Source of the DNA: Bacteroidota bacterium
GTDB lineage: Bacteria > Bacteroidota > Bacteroidia > Flavobacteriales > Flavobacteriaceae
Reading direction: 5' to 3'
Assembly: GCA_041191945.1 (NCBI GenBank)
Contig: JBEENX010000004.1
Span: 7,051-71,050 of the forward strand
DNA: 64,000 bases
Shown: positions 10,113-20,781 of the stretch, one piece after another
Layout: every line of letters starts with the position of its first letter
Position numbering within the stretch: position 1 is the stretch's first letter
Notes under the pieces: generated by a model
Told to the model about the DNA's origin: nothing
Databases searched by the model: none
The model's input: the letters and a program-made list of their open reading frames with translations, nothing else
Translations under genes and position numbers: made by a program

Positions 10113-10817
10113 ATGGAAAATAGCAATAAAAGAATACTTTTAGTAGAAGACGATCTAAATTTTGGGGCAATCTTAAAAGATTATTTATTATTAAATGATT
10201 TTGATGTGACATTAGCCAAAAATGGAATGGAGGGTTTTGAGAAATTCAAAAAAGATAATTATGATTTGTGTATTTTGGATGTCATGATGCCATACAAAGA
10301 TGGGTATACTTTGGCCAAAGAAATAAGAGAGAAAAATTCGGAAGTTCCAATTATCTTTTTAACCGCAAAATCGATGAAAGAAGACGTGTTAAAAGGCTAT
10401 AAAGCGGGTGCAGATGATTATTTGAATAAACCTTTTGATTCAGAAGTGTTGCTGATGAAAATCAAAGCTATAATCCAGAGAAAGTCATCGGATGTTAAAA
10501 CCGAGCAAGTACAGTTTGAATTTAATGTGGGTAAATTTCACTTAAATTCTAAATTGAGATTTTTAACCTATCAAAATGAAGAACCAATTAAATTGTCTCC
10601 AAAAGAGAATGAATTGTTAAAAATGTTAATTCTTCACGAAAATGATTTAATGCCAAGAGAATTGGCTTTGACAAAAATTTGGAGAGATGATAACTATTTT
10701 ACTTCTCGAAGTATGGATGTGTATATCGCTAAACTAAGAAAGTATTTGAAAGCGGATGAGAATGTTGAAATTTTAAATATCCATGGAGAAGGTTTCCGAT
10801 TAGTAATTAAAAAATAA
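10113..10817 (+). CDS. rprY: OmpR-family response regulator (RprY-like)
   Basis: LLVEDD, LDVMMP, KPF; winged helix with IWRDDNYFTSRSMDVYIAKLRK. Confidence 0.85.
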   Translation: MENSNKRILLVEDDLNFGAILKDYLLLNDFDVTLAKNGMEGFEKFKKDNYDLCILDVMMPYKDGYTLAKEIREKNSEVPIIFLTAKSMKEDVLKGYKAGADDYLNKPFDSEVLLMKIKAIIQRKSSDVKTEQVQFEFNVGKFHLNSKLRFLTYQNEEPIKLSPKENELLKMLILHENDLMPRELALTKIWRDDNYFTSRSMDVYIAKLRKYLKADENVEILNIHGEGFRLVIKK

Positions 10818-10854
10818 GATCCGTTTTTAAAAATAAAAGAAGGATCAATTTTAG

Positions 10855-10892
10855 AATGCCCCAAAAGTGTACACTCTTTTGGGGTATTTTTA
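10855..10892. terminator. Hairpin terminator between convergent genes
   Basis: AATGCCCCAAAAG...CTTTTGGGGTATT followed by T tract. Confidence 0.7.
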
Positions 10893-10925
10893 TGGAAAGA
10901 AAAGTCAAGTATGATTGTGCATGAA

Positions 10926-11399
10926 TTAGAATTTATATCTAATTCCTAAAGCAATATCAGCACCATAATTGTTGTCAAAATAACCATGTCCACCAAATTC
11001 AGGTCTGTAATCTAATGAAAGTAAAATAGGAGTCTCTTTGAAATTGTACTCAATTCCAACATCTCCAGCGACATAAGCAAAACTACCATTGCTACCGGTA
11101 GTACTCCAACTTCCTAAGCCAGCACCAGCACCAGCATACCAATTGAAATTGTTGTCAATTTCCCAAACCCATTGATAAATCCCTGTCAATTTAAAAGCAC
11201 TCACATCACGATTGTTTCTCCAGCCTAAATCAGCTTCTAATCGATTGTTGTCTGATAAACCTTTTTGATATGAAATTTCAGCACCAAAACCATTGTTGTC
11301 TCCCAAACGTAATCCTAATGCATTTTTTGAAATCTCTTGAGCCTGTGCAGTAAATCCTAATCCCATTAGCATTACTGCTGATACAATTATTTTTTTCAT
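10926..11399 (-). CDS. Small outer-membrane beta-barrel protein
   Basis: Signal peptide, alternating beta strands, C-terminal LGIRYKF. Confidence 0.8.
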   Translation of the reverse strand: MKKIIVSAVMLMGLGFTAQAQEISKNALGLRLGDNNGFGAEISYQKGLSDNNRLEADLGWRNNRDVSAFKLTGIYQWVWEIDNNFNWYAGAGAGLGSWSTTGSNGSFAYVAGDVGIEYNFKETPILLSLDYRPEFGGHGYFDNNYGADIALGIRYKF

Positions 11400-11587
11400 A
11401 GTAATTTATTTTAACTAGTTTAATCAAAAAACGCACCAAAAAGAAATAAATTGTGTTGTTTTTGTATTTAAAATCACTGTTTAGTAGTTATTAAAAAGGA
11501 AATTAATTAGTTACGAATTGAAAAACTTTGAACCTTAAATTTTTAAACTTTAAACTAAAATGGTACTTTTGTTCAAAACTAATTATA

Positions 11588-12652
11588 ATGGCAGGAAATA
11601 GCTACGGAACACTTTTTAGAATCACTACTTTTGGAGAATCACATGGAGAAGCTTTAGGCGGAATTATTGATGGATGTCCTCCAGGTATTACAATCGATTT
11701 AGAGGCAATCCAATTAGAAATGGCAAGAAGAAAGCCAGGTCAATCGGCTATCGTTACACAACGAAAAGAACCAGATGATGTTCAATTTCTTTCTGGAATT
11801 TTTGAAGGAAAGACAACGGGTACGCCAATTGGTTTTATCATTCCAAATACCAACCAAAAGTCAGACGATTATTCCCATATAAAAGATAATTACAGACCGA
11901 GTCATGCCGATTATGTGTATGATCAAAAATACGGTTTTCGTGATTATCGTGGAGGAGGCAGAAGCTCGGCACGTGAAACTGCAAGTAGAGTAGTAGCAGG
12001 TGCTGTTGCCAAACAGATGTTGCCTGAGATTAAAATAAATGCTTATGTTTCTTCTGTGGGACACATTCATTTAGATAAAAAGTACCAAGAGTTAGATTTT
12101 TCAAAAATAGAAAGCAATCCCGTACGTTGTCCTGATGAGGAATCAGCAGCCGTAATGGAAGAATACATTCGTGAAATTCGCAAACAAGGAGACACTGTTG
12201 GAGGTGTAGTAACTTGTGTTATTCAGAATGTTCCAGTTGGATTGGGCGAACCTGTTTTTGACAAATTGCATGCCGAATTAGGTAAAGCCATGCTTTCTAT
12301 CAATGCAGTAAAAGGATTTGAATTTGGAAGTGGTTTTTGTGGTGCCGAAATGAAAGGGAGTGATCACAATGATTTGTATTTAGCAGATGGAACTACCAAA
12401 ACCAATCTTTCAGGAGGAATTCAAGGCGGAATCAGTAACGGAATGGATATTTATTTCCGAGTAGCTTTCAAACCAGTTGCTACGATTATGCAAAAACAAG
12501 ATGCTTTAGATAATAAAGGGAATATTGTTGAAATGACGGGTAAAGGTCGTCATGATCCTTGTGTAGTACCTCGTGCAGTACCTATTGTTGAGGCTATGGC
12601 AGCTATTGTTTTAGCTGATTTTTATTTGTTAAATAAAACGTATTCAAAATAG
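11588..12652 (+). CDS. aroC: Chorismate synthase
   Basis: [30 protein letters not shown]; ATG 11588 lies downstream of promoter TACTTTTG 11564-11571. Confidence 0.97.
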   Translation: MAGNSYGTLFRITTFGESHGEALGGIIDGCPPGITIDLEAIQLEMARRKPGQSAIVTQRKEPDDVQFLSGIFEGKTTGTPIGFIIPNTNQKSDDYSHIKDNYRPSHADYVYDQKYGFRDYRGGGRSSARETASRVVAGAVAKQMLPEIKINAYVSSVGHIHLDKKYQELDFSKIESNPVRCPDEESAAVMEEYIREIRKQGDTVGGVVTCVIQNVPVGLGEPVFDKLHAELGKAMLSINAVKGFEFGSGFCGAEMKGSDHNDLYLADGTTKTNLSGGIQGGISNGMDIYFRVAFKPVATIMQKQDALDNKGNIVEMTGKGRHDPCVVPRAVPIVEAMAAIVLADFYLLNKTYSK

Positions 12653-12658
12653 TAATTA

Positions 12659-12735
12659 AGAGCTATTTCCTGCTGTACGCTGTATCTCTGCCGGCGAACC
12701 CCGCCGTCACAGGATGCCGCTTCCATCAGGGCTAA
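12659..12735 (-). ncRNA. Flavo-1-like structured RNA / intergenic repeat
   Basis: GC-rich island; minus strand TAGCCCTGATGGAAGCGGCATCCT...CGGCGGGGTTCGCCGG...GATACAGCGTACAGCAGGAAATAGCTC with nested stems; family assignment from memory, needs Rfam check. Confidence 0.55.
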
Positions 12736-12752
12736 CCAAAAACCAATAAATA

Positions 12753-14018
12753 ATGAAACAAGAGACACAAAAATCGTCTTTCCTTTCGGGCTTGACAGGG
12801 CAAATCCTGCTTGCAATGATTGTAGGAGCTATTTTAGGAATTGTTATTCATACTAATTGTACTGATGAGATAGCGCAATCATTTAGTTCTAAGATTAAAA
12901 TGCTAGCTACAGTTTTTATCCGTCTAGTACAAATGATTATTTCTCCCTTGGTATTTACAACATTGGTTGTGGGTATCGCTAAACTAGGTGATATTAAGGC
13001 TGTTGGTAGAATTGGAGGTAAAGCACTAGCTTGGTTCTTTACCGCTTCTTTTATTTCGTTATTACTCGGAATGTTTTTTGTTAATGTTTTAGAACCAGGT
13101 GTTGGTTTAAATCTTTCTAATATTGATGTAGCAGCAGCTTCAGAGGTTACGGCTAAAACGCAGACCTTATCTTTCGAAAACTTTATTGAGCATATTGTGC
13201 CTAAAAGTGTCTTTGAGGCTATGGCTACCAACGAAATTTTGCAAATAGTAATCTTTTCGATTTTCTTTGGTTTAGCCGCGGCAGCTCTTGGAGATAATGC
13301 TAAACCAGTAATAAATGCTTTAGACAAGACTTCTCATATCGTTTTGAAAATGGTCAATTATGTGATGAAGTTTGCACCTATAGGTGTTTTTGGAGCTATA
13401 GCAGGAGTTTTTGCAGTGCGAGATTTTCAAGAATTAGCAATGACTTATTTTAAATATTTTGGTTCGTTCTTGATTGGTATTTCTTCTCTTTGGATCGTAT
13501 TAATTTTGATTGGATATGTTTTCTTAAAATCAAGAATGTCCATTTTATTAAAAAGAATAATGAGTCCTTTGATTGTAGCATTTGGAACTACAAGTAGCGA
13601 AGCGGTTTTCCCTAAATTGACAGAAGAATTAGAACGCTTTGGTGTAAAAGATAAAATAGTTTCGTTTATGCTACCTTTAGGCTATTCCTTTAATCTGGAC
13701 GGAAGTATGATGTACATGACTTTTGCTAGTATATTTATTGCTCAAGCTTATGGTGTGCATCTCGATTTAGGAACACAAATGACAATGCTTTTAGTTTTAA
13801 TGTTAACAAGTAAAGGGATTGCAGGTGTGCCAAGAGCTAGTTTGGTTGTTGTAGCTGCTACTTGCGGAATGTTTAAAATTCCTGTTGAAGGTATTGCTTT
13901 AATTTTGCCAATTGACCATTTTTGTGATATGTTCCGTACAGCGACCAATGTTTTAGGAAATGCCTTAGCTACTTCCGTAGTTGGTCAATGGGAAGATGAT
14001 ATAGAAGCAAAACAATAA
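12753..14018 (+). CDS. Dicarboxylate/amino acid:cation symporter (GltP/DctA family)
   Basis: FIRLVQMII.PLVF, AFGTTSSE, GYSFNLDGS, SKG.AGVPRAS, DMFRTATNV.GNA. Confidence 0.93.
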   Translation: MKQETQKSSFLSGLTGQILLAMIVGAILGIVIHTNCTDEIAQSFSSKIKMLATVFIRLVQMIISPLVFTTLVVGIAKLGDIKAVGRIGGKALAWFFTASFISLLLGMFFVNVLEPGVGLNLSNIDVAAASEVTAKTQTLSFENFIEHIVPKSVFEAMATNEILQIVIFSIFFGLAAAALGDNAKPVINALDKTSHIVLKMVNYVMKFAPIGVFGAIAGVFAVRDFQELAMTYFKYFGSFLIGISSLWIVLILIGYVFLKSRMSILLKRIMSPLIVAFGTTSSEAVFPKLTEELERFGVKDKIVSFMLPLGYSFNLDGSMMYMTFASIFIAQAYGVHLDLGTQMTMLLVLMLTSKGIAGVPRASLVVVAATCGMFKIPVEGIALILPIDHFCDMFRTATNVLGNALATSVVGQWEDDIEAKQ

Positions 14019-14046
14019 TTCAACTCTAAAACTGAATATAGAATTG

Positions 14047-14077
14047 AAAACAGAAGTCCAAAAGCTTCTGTTTTTTT
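14047..14077 (+). terminator. Intrinsic terminator
   Basis: AAAACAGAAG...CTTCTGTTTT plus T tract. Confidence 0.75.
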
Positions 14078-14087
14078 GTGTTTTAAA

Positions 14088-14270
14088 TTATATAAAAAGA
14101 GGGTCGTTTTCTTGAGCATACATTTGTGCTAACAAAAAATAGGTATCATCTAAATGGGTGTTAGACATGTTCGTATTTGAGGGTTTACTATACTGTTTTT
14201 TGCGAGTCGTTTGTTTGTATCTTGGATTCATTAGTTTAGTTTTTTTTAGAATGTATTTTGCAGTGTTCAT
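14088..14270 (-). CDS. Small hypothetical protein (60 aa)
   Basis: ATG start, non-overlapping ORF ending at the terminator. Confidence 0.5.
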   Translation of the reverse strand: MNTAKYILKKTKLMNPRYKQTTRKKQYSKPSNTNMSNTHLDDTYFLLAQMYAQENDPLFI

Positions 14271-14301
14271 GGCAGTCAGTCTTTTAAATTATAAATAAAT
14301 C

Positions 14302-14338
14302 GAATCGTTACGTCTTTAGGCAAAAGACGCAACGATTC
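14302..14338 (-). terminator. Long hairpin downstream of hsp20
   Basis: GAATCGTTACGTCTTT...AAAGACGCAACGATTC inverted repeat. Confidence 0.6.
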
Positions 14339-14378
14339 TTTGCAAGTAAGAACTTAGTATATTCTTACTTACAATTTT

Positions 14379-14837
14379 TTACTCAATAGCAATTGTTTTA
14401 CTACTTTTCTTTTTACTACCTTCTTTTTTGGCAATTTCTACATGAAGAATACCGTCTTTGTAATTGGCTTGAATTTTATTCTCGTCAATATATTCAGGTA
14501 AAGTAAATGATCTGAAAAAAGATTGATAATTAAATTCTTTTCGGAGGTAATTGTCTTTTTTTCTAGATTCTTCTTTTTCTTCTTCTTTCTCAGATGAAAT
14601 AAGTAGCGTGTTATTATCAATTTCTACTTTAAAATCCTCCTTTTTCATACCTGGCGCCGCTAATTCTACTTGTAATTTAGTATCTGTTTCTTTTAAATTT
14701 ACAGAAGGTAAATTACTACCAATTGAGGAGAAGTTTCTGTCTGTCCAATCGAAGATGTCTCTTGAAAATAAATCATCGATAAAATTACTTGTTGGGAGTA
14801 ACGGCAATAAGCTGTTTCGTTTTACTAAAGTTTCCAT
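14379..14837 (-). CDS. Hsp20/alpha-crystallin small heat shock protein
   Basis: PSVN..ET, ELAAPG..KEDF, EF.Y.SF.RSFTLP, A.Y.DGIL. Confidence 0.95.
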   Translation of the reverse strand: METLVKRNSLLPLLPTSNFIDDLFSRDIFDWTDRNFSSIGSNLPSVNLKETDTKLQVELAAPGMKKEDFKVEIDNNTLLISSEKEEEKEESRKKDNYLRKEFNYQSFFRSFTLPEYIDENKIQANYKDGILHVEIAKKEGSKKKSSKTIAIE

Positions 14838-14976
14838 ACTATTACAATTTAAATGTTTGTGATTAAGAGTAGCAAACTTAAATAAGATACTAGTTAACGA
14901 GATTTAATTTAACACATAAAACGTTGTAAATTAAATTATTACCGACAAAAGGTATCACAAAAAAAACGCTGATAAA

Positions 14977-16230
14977 TTAATACCAGCGTTTTTTATTTTT
15001 TTTAGAAGCGTTAGATTTTCTTGATTTTTGATTTTTTCCACTACGATTAGTAGATGGGTTTGTTTTTTCTAGACTTCCATCAGGTCGGTCGGTATGCCAA
15101 GGATAAGGATGTTCAGTGATAGTTTTTACATCAACTCTAATTAATCTTTGAATATCTTTCCAATAGGGATGTTCATCTTTGCTGCAAAAAGAAAGCGCAA
15201 TTCCTTCATGTCCCGCTCGACCTGTTCTACCAATTCGATGAACGTATGTTTCTGGAATATTTGGTAAATCGAAATTAATTACAAAGGGGAGTTGATCAAT
15301 ATCTATTCCACGAGCAGCAATGTCTGTAGCAACAAGAATATTAACCTCTTTATTTTTAAAAGATTCTAATACACGTTGTCTCGCACTTTGAGATTTATCT
15401 CCATGAATAGCTTCAGCAGCAATATTTTTTTTTCGTAATGATTTTACAACATTGTCTGCTCCGTGTTTAGTTCTTGTAAAAACTAATACATCAGATAGTT
15501 TTTCATTTCGGATTAAGTGATACAGTAAATTTCTTTTTTCACTTTTTTCAACAAAGTAAATTTGTTGTTTCACTTTCTCTGCAGTAGAAGAAATAGGTGC
15601 TACTTCTACTCTGGCAGGATTTTTTAAAAATAGTTCGGCTAATTCTCTAATAGCTAGCGGCATAGTGGCTGAAAACAATAATGTTTGTCTATTGTTTGGG
15701 GTTAATTTTACAATTTTCTTTACATCATTGATGAATCCCATGTCAAGCATCTGATCGGCCTCGTCAAGGACTAAAGTATGTAAATTATCAAAATCAATAA
15801 ATCCCTGTTTATGTAAATCGAGTAAACGGCCAGGAGTACTTATTACTACATCAATTCCTTTTTTTAGTACATCAACTTGTGGAATTTGAGATACACCACC
15901 AAAAATAGTGGTTTGAGTTAGATTCGTATATTTGGCATAAGTATCAAAATTTTGACCAATTTGTATTGCTAACTCTCTGGTAGGAGTAACAATTAAGGCT
16001 CTAATTTGTTTGCTTTTTTTTGAAGAACCTACAATTCTATGCAGTTGGTGAATGATGGGGATCGCAAATGCAGCTGTTTTTCCTGTCCCAGTTTGTGCAC
16101 AACCAATTACGTCTTTGCCTTCTAAAATATATGGAATTGCTTGTTCTTGAATCGGAGTGGGTTGAGTATAGCCTTCTTCATAAACGGCTTTTTGAATACT
16201 TTTTGAAAGTGATAAATCTTCGAATAACAT
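14977..16230 (-). CDS. DEAD-box RNA helicase (RhlE-like)
   Basis: PTPIQ, AQTGTGKT, PTRELA, DEAD, SAT, ARGID, HRIGRTGR; basic tail. Confidence 0.95.
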   Translation of the reverse strand: MLFEDLSLSKSIQKAVYEEGYTQPTPIQEQAIPYILEGKDVIGCAQTGTGKTAAFAIPIIHQLHRIVGSSKKSKQIRALIVTPTRELAIQIGQNFDTYAKYTNLTQTTIFGGVSQIPQVDVLKKGIDVVISTPGRLLDLHKQGFIDFDNLHTLVLDEADQMLDMGFINDVKKIVKLTPNNRQTLLFSATMPLAIRELAELFLKNPARVEVAPISSTAEKVKQQIYFVEKSEKRNLLYHLIRNEKLSDVLVFTRTKHGADNVVKSLRKKNIAAEAIHGDKSQSARQRVLESFKNKEVNILVATDIAARGIDIDQLPFVINFDLPNIPETYVHRIGRTGRAGHEGIALSFCSKDEHPYWKDIQRLIRVDVKTITEHPYPWHTDRPDGSLEKTNPSTNRSGKNQKSRKSNASKKNKKRWY

Positions 16231-16301
16231 ATTTTTTGTTTAAACTTGTTGCAATGAGTACAACAATATTGGACAAAGATAGTGTTATTATTTTTGATGT
16301 A

Positions 16302-17366
16302 TTAATTTTGTAATCCTTGTGGATGAAGATTCGTTTTTTCGGTATTAGATTTTATAAAATCAGTAATTAGATGGCCAATAATCTTACCAACTAAGTGGTC
16401 GTTTTTTTCTTCTCCTAAATCAGGAGCTCCTTCGCAGAGGTGTAAATAGGTTGCGTTTTGAAATTTTCCAAAAAAAGAAACAAAACGTCTTAATTCTTCT
16501 ACAGAAAAGCCAGTAAGCGTCATGGTACTACTGGCAATATTTGGGACAGCTCCTAGATCGATTTCTAGTCCAAAGGCTTCTTGATTGATAAAATCTAAAG
16601 CCTTTACCATTTCGTGCTCAAATTCTTTCTCTTTTCTAATATTAATACTATCATAAGTGACATATCGAACACGATCTTCAATTTTTTTTAATGTATCTAA
16701 AACACTTTTTGAAGTATAATTTTCATGCAATCCAAAAATAAAATATTTTTTCAAGAAACCTTCTTCGTAAGCATAAGAGAAAGCATTACCACTGTGGCGA
16801 CCTTCTAAAATTCTAAAATCAGAATGGGCATCAAAATTAATTGCATTGATAGGTTTTCCCTTGGCTAAAGCAGTTCCTTTAATGTTGCCATAGGCATTGT
16901 TGTGCCCTCCACCAATGATAATTGGTGTTTTCCCTAATTTTATAATATTAAAAATTATATGAGAAACTTCTTTATCTATTTGTTCTACTAATTGACTTAA
17001 TTTAGATCGGTCATCAATATCGTTGAAATCTAAATGTTTTACTTCTTCCATTTCACTAGCAACATTGAGTTGACCTAGAACGACAATTTGATTTCCTTTA
17101 CAAAATCGATTGTGTTGAATGTTGGCAATACTTTTTATGGCACTATTCCAAGCAGATGCTGCTCCAGGCCTACCATAATTAGCCCTGATTCCAATGTCTT
17201 CAGGTATTCCAAAAATCACGAATTGAGCGTCACAAGTAGCTAAGAATTGTAATGGATCAATTCCTTTAGGTACAGTAATCATTTTCTCGCCAAATTTGAT
17301 TTCTCCATTCCTGTGATTTGTAATTTTACCAAGTTCGGTTATTGTAAAAGGAATTAGTTTATCCAT
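16302..17366 (-). CDS. hutG: Formimidoylglutamase (arginase family)
   Basis: GIPEDIG.RAN.GR.GA, GGGHNNAYG, INFDAHSD. Confidence 0.8.
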   Translation of the reverse strand: MDKLIPFTITELGKITNHRNGEIKFGEKMITVPKGIDPLQFLATCDAQFVIFGIPEDIGIRANYGRPGAASAWNSAIKSIANIQHNRFCKGNQIVVLGQLNVASEMEEVKHLDFNDIDDRSKLSQLVEQIDKEVSHIIFNIIKLGKTPIIIGGGHNNAYGNIKGTALAKGKPINAINFDAHSDFRILEGRHSGNAFSYAYEEGFLKKYFIFGLHENYTSKSVLDTLKKIEDRVRYVTYDSINIRKEKEFEHEMVKALDFINQEAFGLEIDLGAVPNIASSTMTLTGFSVEELRRFVSFFGKFQNATYLHLCEGAPDLGEEKNDHLVGKIIGHLITDFIKSNTEKTNLHPQGLQN

Positions 17367-17475
17367 TTCGATTTTTTTAAATCAAAAATACTATAAATGT
17401 CTTAAAATACCTTGTGTCATCTCAATATATTGTTACTTTTGTAAAAACTATTAAACTATAAACATAAAAATTAAG

Positions 17476-18351
17476 ATGGAAAATCAAAAAAGCAATTCAA
17501 ATTTGAAAGCTGTCGTAGTTGTATTACTATTATTGCTTTTAGGAAGTTTAGGATACATTTTTAAAATGTCAACTGATGCCGAAATTGTTCGTACAGAATT
17601 GAAGACAACATTAACGGAGAAAGAATCAGTAATGAAAGATTTGCAGGAGTTGAAAGCAACTTATGATGCTGCTATTGCTGAGAATACAACAATGTCTGAA
17701 GAGTTAATCAAAGAAAGAGATAAGGTGGTTGCATTGATGGAAGAATTGAAACAATCCAAAGGAGATGTTTCTAAATTCAAAACTCAATTAACATCTTTGC
17801 AAAGTAACATGAAAGTATTACTAGCTGAGAACGACAATTTGAAAAAACAAAATGTTGTTTTAACTACACAGCGTGATAGCACAAGAGTTGTTTTAGTAGA
17901 GTCAAAAAAAGCTAATGAGGTTTTAACAGCTCAAAATACAGATTTATCAAAAACAGTAGAGAAAGGATCTATTCTTACAGTTTTGAATACTAAAGGAGCG
18001 GCTTATAAAGTAAGAAGTTCAGGAAGACAAATTGAAACAGAAAAAGCCAATAGAGCTGATATTTTGAAAGTTAGTTTTACAATTGCTGAAAATAAAATTG
18101 CTAAATCAGGATTGAGAACTTATTACGTTCAAGTTATAGATAGCGAAAATAATGTAGTAGGTGACAAGAAAACAGAAAATTTTGGTCCAAAGTCATTGAC
18201 TTATAGTTTTACAACTAGTGTAAAATATGATAATAAGACTGTTGATGTATCAGAAGATTTAGCAGGTAAAAATTTTGCAAAAGGAACTTATTTTGTAAAT
18301 GTTTATGATAAAGACGAGTTAGTTTCTAAAACTAGTTTTAGTTTAAGATAA
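17476..18351 (+). CDS. Membrane-anchored coiled-coil hypothetical protein with beta-rich C-terminal domain
   Basis: N-terminal TM helix, long heptad region, C-terminal KGTYFVNVY. Confidence 0.75.
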   Translation: MENQKSNSNLKAVVVVLLLLLLGSLGYIFKMSTDAEIVRTELKTTLTEKESVMKDLQELKATYDAAIAENTTMSEELIKERDKVVALMEELKQSKGDVSKFKTQLTSLQSNMKVLLAENDNLKKQNVVLTTQRDSTRVVLVESKKANEVLTAQNTDLSKTVEKGSILTVLNTKGAAYKVRSSGRQIETEKANRADILKVSFTIAENKIAKSGLRTYYVQVIDSENNVVGDKKTENFGPKSLTYSFTTSVKYDNKTVDVSEDLAGKNFAKGTYFVNVYDKDELVSKTSFSLR

Positions 18352-18372
18352 TAGGACTTATTTAGAGCTATC

Positions 18373-18402
18373 AAAAAAGGGAGCATTATTGCTCCCTTTT
18401 TT
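18373..18402. terminator. Bidirectional terminator ending the arg operon
   Basis: AAAAAAGGGAGCA-TTAT-TGCTCCCTTTTTT. Confidence 0.85.
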
Positions 18403-18419
18403 ATTATAACTTAGTTTTG

Positions 18420-19700
18420 TTAATAAGCACGTTTCATCTTGTCTTTTATAGCATCCAGACACAAGTTATTGATACTTCCTTCATGAGTGTGTTTGGTAGC
18501 TTTAGGCGATTGGAATGTGCCATTTTCTAATTGTTCAGCAACTGCTTTGTAGGCATCTCTAAACGGAATTCCAGCAACGACCATTTCATTTAAGGAATCA
18601 ACCGTAAAAAGATAGTCGTATTTTTTATCGTCTAAAATATGTTCTTTCACCGTAATGTCTTTGATAGAGAAAATAGCAATATCCAAGCAGGCTTTTAAAT
18701 TTTGAATCGCTGGAAATAAACCTTCTTTCAATAATTGTAAGTCTCTATGGTAGCCACTTGGTAAATTATTGGTAATCAATGTAATTTCATAAGGCAAAGC
18801 TTGAATTTTGTTGCATTTTCCACGAATCAATTCAAATACATCAGGGTTTTTCTTGTGAGGCATAATGCTTGAACCTGTTGTAAGATGAGATGGCAAGCTG
18901 ATGAAGTCAAAATTTTGACTCATATACAAACACACATCCATTGAAAATTTTGCCAAAGTTACCGCCACGCTACTCATAGCAAACGCGACTGTTTTTTCGG
19001 CTTTCCCACGACTCATTTGGGCAGCTACAGCATTGAATTTTAAGGTTTCAAATTGCAATTCTTTTGTGGTAAACGTTCTATTTATAGGGAAAGAGCTACC
19101 GTAACCTGCTGCAGAACCTAGTGGGTTTTGGTCTACCACTTTTAGTGCAGCATTCAACATTGTAATATCGTCAATCAAGCTTTCTGCATAGGCCGAGAAC
19201 CACATTCCAAAAGAAGAAGGCATGGCAATTTGTAAATGCGTATAACCAGGCAACAACACATTTTGGTGTTTGTCAGCTGATTCCATCAATAAATCAAAAA
19301 GAACTTTTACTTGTTCTTTGAGTTCTTTGACAACATCTTTTAAATACAAATGGACATCGACTAAAACTTGGTCGTTACGAGAACGTGCCGTATGGATTTT
19401 TTTTCCAGCATCGCCTAATTTAACCGTAAGTAAGTATTCAATTTTGGAGTGCACGTCTTCAAAACTGTTTTCGATTTCAAAATTGCCTGCTTCGACATCT
19501 TTGATAATGTCTTCCAAAGCAAGAACCAATGAAGTGGTTTCTGAATCGGTTAACAAACCAATTTGACCTAACATTTTAGCATGAGCAATAGAACCCAATG
19601 CATCATATTTAGCCAAAACTAAATCCAATTCTCTGTCGTTTCCAACAGTGAAGTGCTCTATTTGTTTATCTGTGGCGATTCCTTTTTCCCAAAGTTTCAT
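18420..19700 (-). CDS. argH: Argininosuccinate lyase
   Basis: EDVH, HTARSRNDQV, PGYTHLQ, GSSIMPHKKNPD. Confidence 0.97.
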   Translation of the reverse strand: MKLWEKGIATDKQIEHFTVGNDRELDLVLAKYDALGSIAHAKMLGQIGLLTDSETTSLVLALEDIIKDVEAGNFEIENSFEDVHSKIEYLLTVKLGDAGKKIHTARSRNDQVLVDVHLYLKDVVKELKEQVKVLFDLLMESADKHQNVLLPGYTHLQIAMPSSFGMWFSAYAESLIDDITMLNAALKVVDQNPLGSAAGYGSSFPINRTFTTKELQFETLKFNAVAAQMSRGKAEKTVAFAMSSVAVTLAKFSMDVCLYMSQNFDFISLPSHLTTGSSIMPHKKNPDVFELIRGKCNKIQALPYEITLITNNLPSGYHRDLQLLKEGLFPAIQNLKACLDIAIFSIKDITVKEHILDDKKYDYLFTVDSLNEMVVAGIPFRDAYKAVAEQLENGTFQSPKATKHTHEGSINNLCLDAIKDKMKRAY

Positions 19701-19710
19701 AATTCTAATT

Positions 19711-20781
19711 TTATTGCTTGAAAAAATCCGTTAGTATTTTAATATACAATTGAATTCCTTCTTCTATTTCGTTAATAAATATAAATTCGTCAGCTGAGTG
19801 GGAGCGAAGCGTTTCTCCAGGGCCTAATTTTAAGGATTGGCAACTCAACACCGATTGGTCTGATAAAGTTGGCGAACCATAAGTACTTCTTCCAAGTGCA
19901 ATTCCGGCTTGTACTAAACCGTGGTGTAACGGAATTGATGAAGCGTTCAAATGCATGGAACGGGGATTAATTTCAGCATTTACATGACTTTTTACGGTGG
20001 CTAGAATCTCAGTATTACTGTAACAGTCATTCACTCGAATATCCACAACTAAATGACATTCGGCAGGCACTACATTATGTTGTTTTCCGGCACTTACTTG
20101 AGTTACAGTCATTTTAACAGGTCCTAAAACTTCTGATATTTTTTCAAATTGATAGGTTTTGAACCAATCAATCACTGGCATCGCATTGTAAATAGGATTG
20201 TCTTCATTTTGGTGTGCAGCATGGCTAGCAGTTCCTTTGACAACAACATCCAATACTAACAAACCCTTTTCGGCTATAGCCAATTGCATTAAAGTAGGCT
20301 CACCCACAATAGCACAATCCAATTCAGGTAAGTGTTTCAATACACTATTCAAGCCATTCTTTCCGCTACTTTCTTCTTCTGCAGAAGCAACAATAACTAT
20401 GTTGTATGGTAAATTTTCTTGCGAATAAAAATGAACAAAAGTCGCTAGAAGCGAAACCAAGCAACCTCCGGCATCATTACTTCCTAATCCAAATAATTTA
20501 CCGTCTTTCACAATGGCTTCAAAAGGATCATTAGTGTAGCCTTGGTTGGGTTTTACAGTATCATGATGTGAATTCAATAAAAGCGTGGGTTTACTTTTGT
20601 CAAAATGTTGGTTGAAAGCCCAAATATTGTTGTTCTCTCTTTGAAAAGGAATCCCATTTTGGGTAAACCAATTCTCTATTAATAGTGCCGTTTGATCTTC
20701 TTCACTAGAAAAAGAAGGAGTTTCAATTAGCGCTTTTAATAAGGCAATAGCTTCTTGTGTAAGGATTTCTATAGTCTTCAT
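19711..20781 (-). CDS. argE: M20 deacylase, ArgE-like (acyl-citrulline/ornithine deacylase)
   Basis: LNSHHDTV, GSNDAGG, AEEE, GEPT, H.ADE; operon context. Confidence 0.85.
   Translation of the reverse strand: MKTIEILTQEAIALLKALIETPSFSSEEDQTALLIENWFTQNGIPFQRENNNIWAFNQHFDKSKPTLLLNSHHDTVKPNQGYTNDPFEAIVKDGKLFGLGSNDAGGCLVSLLATFVHFYSQENLPYNIVIVASAEEESSGKNGLNSVLKHLPELDCAIVGEPTLMQLAIAEKGLLVLDVVVKGTASHAAHQNEDNPIYNAMPVIDWFKTYQFEKISEVLGPVKMTVTQVSAGKQHNVVPAECHLVVDIRVNDCYSNTEILATVKSHVNAEINPRSMHLNASSIPLHHGLVQAGIALGRSTYGSPTLSDQSVLSCQSLKLGPGETLRSHSADEFIFINEIEEGIQLYIKILTDFFKQ

Noticed and set aside
10855-10892. IS end or MITE remnant
   Set aside because: Single short hairpin without transposase or target duplication; adequately explained as a terminator
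12622-12816. 64-aa minus-strand ORF
   Set aside because: Overlaps aroC, the structured repeat and the symporter start; shadow ORF
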